IMG/VR virus record: IMGVR_UViG_3300037851_000542
Coordinates: 195,995 to 259,994 of that record
Origin: a virus
Lineage: Duplodnaviria; Caudoviricetes
Length of the DNA: 64,000 nucleotides
Direction: 5' to 3' (one strand)
Both the position numbers and the translations under genes were made by a program. Shown here one piece after another: positions 8,711-18,232 of the stretch; the stretch's first letter is position 1; every line of letters starts with the position of its first letter. A model generated the notes under the pieces. That model saw only the letters and a program-made list of their open reading frames with translations. It made no database searches and was not told where the DNA came from.

Positions 8711-9747
8711 CTCTTTATAATCTCTATTGATAGTCTTCTTAGTCTTTGTTCAGGAAAAGGTAGAAATTTTAGGTCTGAGTATACTTTTACCAGCTCATCA
8801 TAAAGAAAGTCTAAATATCTTGCGCCGCTTTTTAAATTTGCTGGATTGGAAGGGTCTAATAGGTTATTTGATGTTAGAAACTCAGCTAAGTCTTTTGTTT
8901 GCCCATTATAGTTTTTAGAACTCAAGTTAAATCTTAACTCTATTATAAATTTCTGTAACTGTAATATTGTGTCCAGTGGGTCAACTCCATCTGAACAAAA
9001 AAGGTCTACTGCCTCTACTAATTTATAAAAGTCCTTTAAAAAGCAACTTTTAATAAAATTATCTATAATTGAAAAGTCTAAAAATCCTATTATTTTAAGT
9101 ATATCTTCTTCAGACTGGGCAAATGACTGCGCTGTTTTTATTTTCTGTAAGTCTACTATTGCATTTCTAAGAGAGCCTCTACTTTTATCAATAACGCTAT
9201 GAAGCAGGTAATCACTTAATTTAATATTTTCAGTTACTGCTATTTCATTTAACTTTAGTATTAAGTCCTTATTAGGTATAGGTAAAAATTTATAATCAGC
9301 GCTTCTTGATTTTATAGAATCTGGTATTTTAGAAAAGTCTGAGGTTACAAATATAAAATAAACGTGGTCTGGGGTTTCTTCTACGGTTTTTAGTAGACCA
9401 TCAAAGGCTTTATTTGGAATATTATGAGCTTCATCAAATATATAAGTCTTTATCAGCCCCTCAAATGCATAGTTTTTGACTTCGTTTTGAAGTCTCCTAG
9501 TAAAGTCAACATTTGCCTCTACCGTACAATCTTGTTCTAAGGTACCGGTATCACTTGGATTTAGAGTGCTGGCAATTATACGAGCTACTGATGTTTTACC
9601 TGTACCAAACCCACCGTGAAAGATTAAAGAGTGAGGAAGTTCATTATTTTTTAATTGATGACTAATAAGCTTTATAATATGATCTTGACCAACAATCCCT
9701 GAGAAATCAGAAGGTCTATATTTATTATAGAGAGTACTTTCGGACAT
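8695..9747 (-). CDS. dnaX: DNA polymerase III gamma/tau-like clamp-loader ATPase
   Basis: LYNKYRPSDFSGIVGQDHI, GGFGTGKT, IFDEAHNI, LLKTVEETP, SIKSRS, GSLRNAI. Confidence 0.93.
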   Translation of the reverse strand: MSESTLYNKYRPSDFSGIVGQDHIIKLISHQLKNNELPHSLIFHGGFGTGKTSVARIIASTLNPSDTGTLEQDCTVEANVDFTRRLQNEVKNYAFEGLIKTYIFDEAHNIPNKAFDGLLKTVEETPDHVYFIFVTSDFSKIPDSIKSRSADYKFLPIPNKDLILKLNEIAVTENIKLSDYLLHSVIDKSRGSLRNAIVDLQKIKTAQSFAQSEEDILKIIGFLDFSIIDNFIKSCFLKDFYKLVEAVDLFCSDGVDPLDTILQLQKFIIELRFNLSSKNYNGQTKDLAEFLTSNNLLDPSNPANLKSGARYLDFLYDELVKVYSDLKFLPFPEQRLRRLSIEIIKSWTTK

Positions 9748-9796
9748 TAGTAGATACCATTAAATTTTAACTTAATGGTACTATACCAAATTCAAC

Positions 9797-10252
9797 CTAA
9801 TGCTGTAAAGAGTTAAAATGAAAAGACTCTAGAATATCTTCCTCGGTAAATTTAACTTTCTCTATTGGCTGCCCAGAAGAAATACAAAGTTCCCCTGCAA
9901 CAGCCTGCCTTTGAGTATTTATATAATACAAGGCTATATAAGGCTCGTCTGGATCTACAAAAATAGATACTGACTCTATTTTTTTAACAATACAATCTGC
10001 TTTTAAAAACTGCTCGTAAAGTTCCTTTTTCATCGAGCTAAATTGCTCTGAGTCTTGAGTACTAACTCCATCTCCTATTAATTTCTGCAGTTTTCTAGCA
10101 ACAAGGATATCAATAAAATAACCACCAACACAAAAATAGATGGGTATATTATCTTGCTCGGAACATAAATCTATTAAATCTTTTAAATCAGTTAAAATCT
10201 GTGAATATGATTCTTTTGAGCTTAAGGTCTTTAAACTTAACCCGTTTTTCAT
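9797..10252 (-). CDS. Hypothetical protein
   Basis: 151-aa ORF. Confidence 0.65.
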   Translation of the reverse strand: MKNGLSLKTLSSKESYSQILTDLKDLIDLCSEQDNIPIYFCVGGYFIDILVARKLQKLIGDGVSTQDSEQFSSMKKELYEQFLKADCIVKKIESVSIFVDPDEPYIALYYINTQRQAVAGELCISSGQPIEKVKFTEEDILESFHFNSLQH

Positions 10253-10290
10253 TTGCCATACAACCCCGCACTATTAAGTGATGAATTGAA

Positions 10291-10527
10291 TTAGGCTAGC
10301 TTGTCTTCTATTACTTCTTGTTTTAATAACCTTGTATATGTATCAGGGGAATAACTCCAAGTGCCTTTTTGTTTATCTTTAACAAATACACACTTACAGT
10401 TATCCCCTGTACATTTGAACCATTTCATATTACCGTCCTTTATAGCAAGAGACCTATAATACTCAGGGTCTGACTCAGATAAAATTACTAAGTCGCAATC
10501 ACAAAGAGGACAGCCTAACTTATTCAT
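10291..10527 (-). CDS. Zinc-ribbon protein
   Basis: CPLC...CTGDNC motif. Confidence 0.6.
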   Translation of the reverse strand: MNKLGCPLCDCDLVILSESDPEYYRSLAIKDGNMKWFKCTGDNCKCVFVKDKQKGTWSYSPDTYTRLLKQEVIEDKLA

Positions 10528-10546
10528 ATTTTTAAAAAAAATATTA

Positions 10547-10777
10547 TTAAACTACTACCCAAGCCCCTGAAACTACGATTTTTAATTTAGCAGCTGTTAA
10601 ATCATAAACTAGACTTCCATCTGGAAGTTTACTGGCATCTGGAAGATCAGCTGTAGCTTTTAAAGAGATAAGACCTATAGAGCGTCCGCCCTTACCGCCT
10701 TGACCGCGTGCAACACCACCAATAACATTTACATCAACTTCTTCTCTAACAAAAGGCTTTTCTTTAAAATTACTCAT
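10547..10777 (-). CDS. Small Gly-rich hypothetical protein
   Basis: Start at MSNFKEKP after GAGG; GSLVYD...LKIVVSGAW. Confidence 0.6.
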   Translation of the reverse strand: MSNFKEKPFVREEVDVNVIGGVARGQGGKGGRSIGLISLKATADLPDASKLPDGSLVYDLTAAKLKIVVSGAWVVV

Positions 10778-10852
10778 ATTGTACACCTCAATTACTATGT
10801 ATTTAAGTAGAACTACCAAACATTAGATTAAATAGTACAACAATTGATAATT

Positions 10853-11080
10853 TTATTCCGACCTTTTGGATAACTCATAATCTATAGCTTCATTAACCTG
10901 AGATTTAAGTTCCAGTAATTGGCTACTTTCTAGAAAAGACAAGTGAAATATAGAGTTATTTATAAGTAAACTAGTACCTACCTTAATTACTTTCCCATTA
11001 ATTTCCATATAAGTTTCAGAATCCGCCCATTGAACTGCAAAATTATCTAAAACATTTGCTTTAATTATTTCTTCTGCCAT
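10853..11080 (-). CDS. Hypothetical protein
   Basis: 75-aa ORF with upstream AGGA. Confidence 0.6.
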   Translation of the reverse strand: MAEEIIKANVLDNFAVQWADSETYMEINGKVIKVGTSLLINNSIFHLSFLESSQLLELKSQVNEAIDYELSKRSE

Positions 11081-11093
11081 ATAATTCCTGTAA

Positions 11094-11480
11094 CTAAGAA
11101 CAAAGGGTTATTTGAGATTGATGTACAAAATAAGCAATAAGTTCTTGCAGTGAGTACCTTCTAGCTTCTTCGTGTAGTATTATTTCACCATCTTGTCTTG
11201 TAACTAAAAATTCTGGATACTCAGCAGTGTCATCTACTCTTAGGTAAAAATTGAGAAGATTATTACATAAGTGAAGACCTATTGTACCATTTCCTTCTGA
11301 TGTTAAATATGGTTGATTATTTTCTGGAAAATACCCACAAATATCTCTGGCTAATTCAATATTAGAAGGTTTGATGATTTCAGCACTATAAAGGTCCCAA
11401 CCTGTTTCTAAGTTACCAAGCGCAGCAAGAGCTTTTTCTACTCGCTCGTTAAGTTTGTATCTAATTTTAATCATAAACAA
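11094..11480 (-). CDS. Hypothetical protein
   Basis: 128-aa ORF; first gene of the leftward block. Confidence 0.6.
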   Translation of the reverse strand: MFMIKIRYKLNERVEKALAALGNLETGWDLYSAEIIKPSNIELARDICGYFPENNQPYLTSEGNGTIGLHLCNNLLNFYLRVDDTAEYPEFLVTRQDGEIILHEEARRYSLQELIAYFVHQSQITLCS

Positions 11481-11561
11481 ATAAATCTTAGAAGTGAAAT
11501 TTGATTTCCAAATAATAGTTATGCTAAGATTGTATCAAATCTTTATATTAAAATCAATAGT

Positions 11562-13022
11562 ATGGACAAATTGCAAATAACTTTATCTAACCAGTACCCT
11601 GTTTGGTTTAATTTTATCCTTAGGGGGAAGAAACCAGCACTTCCTTGTTGTAATATAAATAACTATTTAGTAAAGATAGCATATGATTCTAAGTTCAGGG
11701 AAGAAGAAAATCTAAAAAGATTTAACGCAGGTAAAGAGCTTTATGAGTATAAGAAAGTTCAACCGGTTATAGATAGCCTTAATGAAAGAAACTTAAAGAA
11801 TAAAATAGGTGTTTTCTTCTTAGATATAGATACTTTACCTCCTACATTCCCTAATTTTAAAAATTTAAATAACTTTCTAGATCACCTACTACCAAGTGAT
11901 AAGTTCATAGTTGGTGCTAGCCCTAGTGGTAAAACTAAAATAATATTTACCTATTCAAGTAGTTATAACATAGGATCTGAGATAAGTAAGGCAGGTAATA
12001 AGGAAATATTTAGAGATAATATTATTAATTTAATAAATACATACATTCCTGAGTATATAGCCCAATACGTAGATACTAGTGAAAGCGGATTCTACAAAGG
12101 GTTTATAACAGAAGATCTGTATAACAAACTAAAGACTAGAATACAAAAACTAACACCAGTAAATAACAACACACCACACACATCATTAATATTATCTTAT
12201 GGCAAGGTTCTCGATCACACCTCGGTGTGTGTGTATCCTCTTCCAGATCCAGATACTGCTTGCCCAGATATAAGTCACTTTGTTATTCCTGAAGTCTTTG
12301 AAGATTCATTGTTAGAGAACAGCCCTTATACACTAGAAGAAATAGAGGTATTAGGTAAAAGAGTTAAACAAAGGGACTTTAGATCAGCATTATCTAAACC
12401 TAGTAGGTTCACAAACTCTAAATTTAATTATTATACAGAGGATATATTACCTTTTGATATAAAACTAAGATCTAACCAAGTACTGCACGATAAGGTACTT
12501 AGAATATTATTATCTACTCCAAAGTTAATAGTAGGGTTTGACTTATCAAAAGAGAAGTTAGCTCAACAAGTAGAGTTAATATTTGGCATAGAAGTCACAG
12601 GAACTGAAGAATATGATCCTTATTTAGAGTGCAATAGGATTAGAAAAGATAGACCTATAAGGACAGTTATAGATTATTTTATTAAAAAAGGCTTATTGGA
12701 ATGCATAGATCACACCTACAATACCAATAAAGCTAAAACATTTAGAGCTTCTGGTAAGTTACGTGAATATTTACTTTCTAAGTTTAAGTTTAAAGTAAAA
12801 AATATACCTTCTGAAGTCCCAAAAGGTAAGTCTTTTAGCATAAATAAGATTCTATACAGTCTATGTAAGTCTAAAAGAAATCCAGAGGCGTATAGACAAA
12901 TATCGGAGCAACAGTTATTATATACAAGTAAATATGTTCCCGATCAGTATAATAATAGAAAGAAACTCTATCATAAGAGTTACAACAATTTGCTTAAACT
13001 TTGTAACATAAGTATTCAATGA
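11562..13022 (+). CDS. Primase-polymerase (AEP)-like replication protein with a possible C-terminal winged helix
   Basis: FFLDID (DxD), ASPSGKTKIIF, later RTVIDYFIKKGLLECIDHTY. Confidence 0.5.
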   Translation: MDKLQITLSNQYPVWFNFILRGKKPALPCCNINNYLVKIAYDSKFREEENLKRFNAGKELYEYKKVQPVIDSLNERNLKNKIGVFFLDIDTLPPTFPNFKNLNNFLDHLLPSDKFIVGASPSGKTKIIFTYSSSYNIGSEISKAGNKEIFRDNIINLINTYIPEYIAQYVDTSESGFYKGFITEDLYNKLKTRIQKLTPVNNNTPHTSLILSYGKVLDHTSVCVYPLPDPDTACPDISHFVIPEVFEDSLLENSPYTLEEIEVLGKRVKQRDFRSALSKPSRFTNSKFNYYTEDILPFDIKLRSNQVLHDKVLRILLSTPKLIVGFDLSKEKLAQQVELIFGIEVTGTEEYDPYLECNRIRKDRPIRTVIDYFIKKGLLECIDHTYNTNKAKTFRASGKLREYLLSKFKFKVKNIPSEVPKGKSFSINKILYSLCKSKRNPEAYRQISEQQLLYTSKYVPDQYNNRKKLYHKSYNNLLKLCNISIQ

Positions 13023-13726
13023 AATCTTTTATAATTAATTTTGACCATCCCTTAGTAGTTTTTGATACAGAAACTGGTGGTTTACAGTCTTATGACCAAG
13101 TTGATTTCAATTTCTTAGGCTCTGGTCTACCTGAGTTTTACTCAGTCGGGCAAGAGCTAACTGGTAGAGTTGTTAAACCAATGACTCCTATACTAGAAAT
13201 CGGCGCAATAAAATATGATCCTAAAACCTTTGAAGAAATAAGCACATTTCATAGTTACCTAGGAAAAGAAGAGCACCAGACTTTCGATGAATACTTAAAC
13301 TCTTGTGACAAAAAAGCTTTAGAGATTAATAAGTTAAGTACAAAAATAGATTTATTAGCTTCTGCAAAACCCGGAAGTTTAGTTATAACAGAGTTTATAG
13401 AGTGGGCTAAAGGTAATCACGGACAATTTATACCTGCCGGTCAAAATGTAAAGTTTGATATAGATATGTTACAAGGCTGGGCTAAAAAGTTTGGTATAAG
13501 TTCTGCTTTAGATTATAGAACTATTGGATATCCTGAGGATTTAAGGTACTACAGTAGATTTTATTTTTCATTGCCCCAGACACCTACGATACCTAATTAT
13601 AAACTAAGTACAATTGCATCTGCACTAGGATTAAATACTGATAATGCTCACGAAGCTTTACCAGATGTAAGAATGACAGCAGAGTGCCTAAAAATAATAT
13701 ATAAAAGACTAGCAGAAAAAAGTTGA
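13019..13726 (+). CDS. DEDDh 3'-5' exonuclease (DnaQ-like)
   Basis: VFDTETGG, GQNVKFDIDML, AHEALPDV. Confidence 0.9.
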   Translation: MKSFIINFDHPLVVFDTETGGLQSYDQVDFNFLGSGLPEFYSVGQELTGRVVKPMTPILEIGAIKYDPKTFEEISTFHSYLGKEEHQTFDEYLNSCDKKALEINKLSTKIDLLASAKPGSLVITEFIEWAKGNHGQFIPAGQNVKFDIDMLQGWAKKFGISSALDYRTIGYPEDLRYYSRFYFSLPQTPTIPNYKLSTIASALGLNTDNAHEALPDVRMTAECLKIIYKRLAEKS

Positions 13727-13733
13727 AAAAAGA

Positions 13734-13762
13734 CTAAAGTAATTTTAATGGGATTCCGATAC
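13734..13762 (+). promoter_or_regulatory. Sigma-28-like promoter, variant copy
   Basis: CTAAAGT; TAAA-N16-TCCGATAC; upstream of the 13814 ATG. Confidence 0.6.
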
Positions 13763-13813
13763 TACCTGAGAGAGATTTTATAAACGTATTTTAATTTTTA
13801 TTCAGGAAAACGT

Positions 13814-15325
13814 ATGCTAGACAATTATAATGAAAAAGCTTTTAAGTTACTTGGTCTTGGTAATTCTTTTAAATTAGCGCACTTACCTTTTATTACCAGC
13901 AATGATGTATTTGGAGTTTTAGCTCTAGAAGGTTCATCAGGAACTGGTAAAACTACACTAGTCGGAAGATTAGGTTTAGTAAACCAAAGGGCAACAGGCG
14001 GCGCTTATGGTATTTACTCCGCAGATAAAGTACAGTACCAAGATTTTGTTGGTATTCCAGTACCTAACATTAAAGAAGGTAAAGTAGATATTCTAGAGAT
14101 GGAGAACGCCATTGCCACTAAAGAAGTACTGCTAATTGACGAGGCGAACAGGGCAGGATATGACGCACAAGAGAAGTTCCTACAGTTATTTTCAACCAGA
14201 ATGATTGACGGACACAAAACTAAGTGTAGATATATCTATATCGCTATGAACCCTGTGCTATCAGAAGACGAGAACGATAATTATGAAGGTGTACAACCTT
14301 TAGACAAGGCTTACGGTGAAAGGGTTCAGGCTATCCTAACTATGCCTAGGTTTAATGATATGTCTAAGACCCACCAGATAGAAATTATGCAAAGCTGTTT
14401 TAATCAAACATCTTGGGCACCAACTGATGAGTTAGTTGAGGCACACAAGGCGTTTATTGCGGAAGCTCGTTCGCATTATAATGATTTAAAAACCACTGCA
14501 ATGGAATCGGTCTGCGAATACTTGCACAATTTTGCAGATTTACTACATTCTGAAAGTAAGAAATCAATAAAACTTGAAGCAAGAAGAATGCAATTCCTAA
14601 TAGTAAACATATTAGGTACACACGCTTTAAATTTGGTATTAAATAATAAAGCTACTTTGGTGACTTCTGCACTAGAAGCTTTAACTATAAGCTTCCCACA
14701 GAGACTTTGGGAACAGAAGATAGAGAATACTCAAATTAGTGTTGCTCACGATCAGTCTGCCCATTTACTAAAAGCTAAAATAACGTCATCTAAGGATAAA
14801 TCTCAAAGTGTTAAATCTCTTTTAAGTAGTTTAAATCAAGACATTACTGAAGGAAAATCTAACACTGAAGACAGATCTAAGAGAATTAATCAAATGATTC
14901 CTGATGTAAGTACTGATGCTTTTGACCACTACATATTTGCTTTTGCAGTAGTCAGAGGATTAGAAGCTGCTGGACCAAACGAATTCATTAAAAATAATGA
15001 GGAAGAAAGACTTACTCGAATTGTTAATGAGATAAGAGACTCTAAATCATATAAGCAGGTTAAGAAGCTATCAGAAAAAGCTGTTAAGTCTGGTAAAAAA
15101 GCTCCTTTGCCAGAATGGTTAGATTCTGATTTAAACACTGATGATGTTGAAATATATAACAACAGTTACAGTGATGAAATCTCTTGGTTTGCTAACGGTC
15201 TTATAGATAAGTTAAAAACACTTGGTCAGTATGATGACTTAACTTTTAAGTATAGAGATGTACTTAGTGAGTTCAATAGTATTAGAAGAGCGGTTATAAA
15301 TTGTATCCAGTCGTTGAATAGTTAA
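13814..15325 (+). CDS. MoxR-like AAA+ ATPase
   Basis: EGSSGTGKTT, LLIDEANRA, IAMNP, DKAYGERV. Confidence 0.85.
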   Translation: MLDNYNEKAFKLLGLGNSFKLAHLPFITSNDVFGVLALEGSSGTGKTTLVGRLGLVNQRATGGAYGIYSADKVQYQDFVGIPVPNIKEGKVDILEMENAIATKEVLLIDEANRAGYDAQEKFLQLFSTRMIDGHKTKCRYIYIAMNPVLSEDENDNYEGVQPLDKAYGERVQAILTMPRFNDMSKTHQIEIMQSCFNQTSWAPTDELVEAHKAFIAEARSHYNDLKTTAMESVCEYLHNFADLLHSESKKSIKLEARRMQFLIVNILGTHALNLVLNNKATLVTSALEALTISFPQRLWEQKIENTQISVAHDQSAHLLKAKITSSKDKSQSVKSLLSSLNQDITEGKSNTEDRSKRINQMIPDVSTDAFDHYIFAFAVVRGLEAAGPNEFIKNNEEERLTRIVNEIRDSKSYKQVKKLSEKAVKSGKKAPLPEWLDSDLNTDDVEIYNNSYSDEISWFANGLIDKLKTLGQYDDLTFKYRDVLSEFNSIRRAVINCIQSLNS

Positions 15326-15362
15326 TTGGGTATAAATAAAAATAACTGTTTGTAAAAAATCT

Positions 15363-15391
15363 CTAAAGTATATCGGCGTATTTGCCGATAT
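15363..15391 (+). promoter_or_regulatory. Sigma-28-like promoter overlapped by a 12-bp palindrome
   Basis: TAAA-N16-GCCGATAT; aagtatatcggc-N6-gccgatatactt at 15366-15395. Confidence 0.7.
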
Positions 15392-15429
15392 ACTTCTATA
15401 GAAGATAAGATCTAATAGGAGTTAATTTA

Positions 15430-17040
15430 ATGTCTACTTATAAACTTCCACCTCTAGCCAGCGAATACCTAAAACACCTTATTAGTAAGTCTCCGGAAGA
15501 CCTACCTTCTTTAAAGAAAATTGCTGGTATAGGCAGGGTCATTTATTCTGATAAAGAAAGTATGTCAGCTGCAGTAGCCAATACTCGACCTTACTCTCTT
15601 ATATTTGGTCGTAAGTTTATGGAAGATAATATGAGAGACGACTACGATGCTGTTTTTATCCTATTTCACGAGTTGACACATCTAGTATTAGACCATTTTG
15701 CACAGGATGTTCTTGGACTTTTTGAAGAAAAGGGACTATCCGGAGATAAGTTAAAGACTATATTTGCACAACACTGTACACATATAGTAGTAGATGCGCA
15801 GGTGAACGCTACTTGTTACCATACACTAAGGGATGAAAAATACAATAACTTTCCAATTTCCTTTTATTCTTTTGAAAAGGTCTTAGCCAGGCACGCAGAA
15901 GCCTCGGCTAAAGCAATAGCAGCAGGACAAGAACCTCCAAAAGAGCCTACTGACAATATGCCATATTGCTTCCTTCATTCCAATGGGGAGAGCGAATGTC
16001 CAGACGATAAGCTAAAGGAAGTACATAGAAAGCTCTACTCTGTTAAAGGTATAAGTAATTCCGAATTAATTGATGCTTTACTACCTTGGTTCCAAAAGAA
16101 TGAAGAGAGTGTAAAAAATGCTATTCAACACTTAATTGGAAATCATAAAGATCTTATGGATGGGGATAGGACCTCTAATCCAAACGATCTGACAAAAGAA
16201 GAAAAAGAAATCCTAGATGCGATTGCTGACGCTATTGATCAGGGGCATAAAAACTCTAAGGACAAGAGCAAGGCAAAAGAAGCGGCAGGAAATAAAGAAG
16301 ATCAGAAGCTGGATAAGGATTTAGCAAGAACAAAAAAGTTAGACGGAGATAAAGAAAATAAAGAAGAACAGAACTCTAAAGACTATACCTTAAATCAAAA
16401 TCCAGTTAAATTGGCAGTAGCAAGATTAAAGCAAAGCCTAAAAACAAACGATTATATTAAAAAAGTACTAGTAAAGCAGTATAAACCTTCACCCTCTAGT
16501 AAACTAGCTAGAGCTATAGAAGCTTTCTATCCTCATACTCCCAGAAGGAGTGTTGTACCCAATTTTCACGATAGAAGAACTTCTTCTCTTTATTCTTGTG
16601 ATATTTTACCAGTATTTCATAATGTACCTGGAAAAGGCGTTAAGAATTCTATAGCGTGTTATATTGATGTTTCTGGTTCTCAAGAACACGTTATACCTAA
16701 AGTAGTAGCAGCAGTACTTAGGTATAAGAAGCACGTAGGTAATGAAGTGTACTGTTTTTCTAATGTAGTATTAGATACTCACGTTAAAAAACTAGCTAAA
16801 GGTGAAATTTTCACCACTGGTGGTACTGACTTTGACCCAGTAGCTGAACATATCCTAGAGAATAAGTTTAAAAGTATTATTATCCTAACTGATGGTTGTG
16901 CCCCATTGTCTGAAGAGAATATATCTAAGCTAAAAGCTAGAAATGTTAAAATAACAGTAGGATGGACAGAAAAAAATATAACTAGAGCACCATTAGAGGC
17001 AGTGTCTAAAGATGAGTTTTGGCTTTTTGATGATAAATAA
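15430..17040 (+). CDS. Metallopeptidase-like (HExxH) plus VWA domain protein (DUF2201-like), MoxR partner
   Basis: FHELTH; MIDAS YIDVSGS, TGGTDF, ILTDG. Confidence 0.85.
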   Translation: MSTYKLPPLASEYLKHLISKSPEDLPSLKKIAGIGRVIYSDKESMSAAVANTRPYSLIFGRKFMEDNMRDDYDAVFILFHELTHLVLDHFAQDVLGLFEEKGLSGDKLKTIFAQHCTHIVVDAQVNATCYHTLRDEKYNNFPISFYSFEKVLARHAEASAKAIAAGQEPPKEPTDNMPYCFLHSNGESECPDDKLKEVHRKLYSVKGISNSELIDALLPWFQKNEESVKNAIQHLIGNHKDLMDGDRTSNPNDLTKEEKEILDAIADAIDQGHKNSKDKSKAKEAAGNKEDQKLDKDLARTKKLDGDKENKEEQNSKDYTLNQNPVKLAVARLKQSLKTNDYIKKVLVKQYKPSPSSKLARAIEAFYPHTPRRSVVPNFHDRRTSSLYSCDILPVFHNVPGKGVKNSIACYIDVSGSQEHVIPKVVAAVLRYKKHVGNEVYCFSNVVLDTHVKKLAKGEIFTTGGTDFDPVAEHILENKFKSIIILTDGCAPLSEENISKLKARNVKITVGWTEKNITRAPLEAVSKDEFWLFDDK

Positions 17041-17045
17041 GGTAT

Positions 17046-17408
17046 ATGGAAAAGTTACTTGAAACCATTTGTTTTAAGTCCATTTTGATGTTCTTAATGG
17101 TATGTCAATTACTGGATGGACTTTTAACTTTCGGCGGGTTAACCTTACTTAATCATAGACTAGACTTTGAAGGTAATATTTTAGTAAGATGTGTACTTAA
17201 ATATTGCGGAGTAATAGAGGGATTAATATTAGTTAAAGCTATAGGTATATTAATTATTTATTTAGTAATACTAAATTTAGATTTAATAATTACCTCCATA
17301 CCAAAAGCCAGATTCAACTTATTTAAAATATTATCTCTAATAATTTTGAGTATATATGTCCTTTATGCTATTATACCTTGGTTGCTGCTATTAACATTTG
17401 ATTGGTGA
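17046..17408 (+). CDS. Membrane protein (DUF5658-like)
   Basis: Three hydrophobic segments; LDGLLT...EGNILVR. Confidence 0.6.
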   Translation: MEKLLETICFKSILMFLMVCQLLDGLLTFGGLTLLNHRLDFEGNILVRCVLKYCGVIEGLILVKAIGILIIYLVILNLDLIITSIPKARFNLFKILSLIILSIYVLYAIIPWLLLLTFDW

Positions 17409-17411
17409 TGT

Positions 17412-18212
17412 ATGTTAAAATATAATGTAGAAGATGATTACCTAGACCTTGTTGGACACGTAATTAATTCTGGAGAAGACAGAGCTGATCGTACTGGCAC
17501 AGGAACCAAAAGTATATTTGGTATGCATCTAAGACATAATATGAGAGAAGGTTTTCCACTACTCACTACTAAATATGTGTGGTTCAAAGGAGTAGTCTCT
17601 GAGTTGCTATGGTTTCTATCAGGATCTACAAATGTTCAAGACCTACATAAGGATAACAATCATATCTGGGACGAATGGGCAGATAAAGACGGCAACCTAG
17701 GCTTAATCTATGGGCATCAGTGGCGCAATCTAAAAGTGGACCAGATACAAGCAACCATTGATGAGATAAAAATAAATCCCACATCAAGAAGATTAATAGT
17801 ATCATCTTGGAATGTAGAGCAACTAGACCAGATGGCTCTCTATCCGTGCCATATTATGTTTCAGGTGTACATTAGAGAGTCTAAGTATCTAGATTTACAA
17901 TTGTATCAAAGATCTGCGGATTTAATGTTGGGGGTTCCATTTAATATTGCTTCCTATAGTTTGTTAATGATGATTTTGGCGCAAGTAACAGGTTATGAAG
18001 CCGGAGAGTTTATATACACTTTAGGGGATGTACACGTTTATAATAATCACATAGACCAAGCAAGGGTGCAATTAGCAAGAGATATTAAGGATGCCTTTCC
18101 TACAGTAGAAATTTTAAACCCCACAAAAGATATAAATAGTTTTAAATTAGAGGATTTTAAGTTGTGTAATTATACACATCAAGGTAAAATTGAGTTTCCA
18201 GTAGCTGTATAA
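17412..18212 (+). CDS. thyA: Thymidylate synthase
   Basis: DRTGTGT, GFPLLTTK, ELLWFLSG, YGHQWR, MALYPCH, YQRSADLMLGVPFNIASY. Confidence 0.97.
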   Translation: MLKYNVEDDYLDLVGHVINSGEDRADRTGTGTKSIFGMHLRHNMREGFPLLTTKYVWFKGVVSELLWFLSGSTNVQDLHKDNNHIWDEWADKDGNLGLIYGHQWRNLKVDQIQATIDEIKINPTSRRLIVSSWNVEQLDQMALYPCHIMFQVYIRESKYLDLQLYQRSADLMLGVPFNIASYSLLMMILAQVTGYEAGEFIYTLGDVHVYNNHIDQARVQLARDIKDAFPTVEILNPTKDINSFKLEDFKLCNYTHQGKIEFPVAV

Positions 18213-18232
18213 TCTCTTTAGGTGCAAGATAA

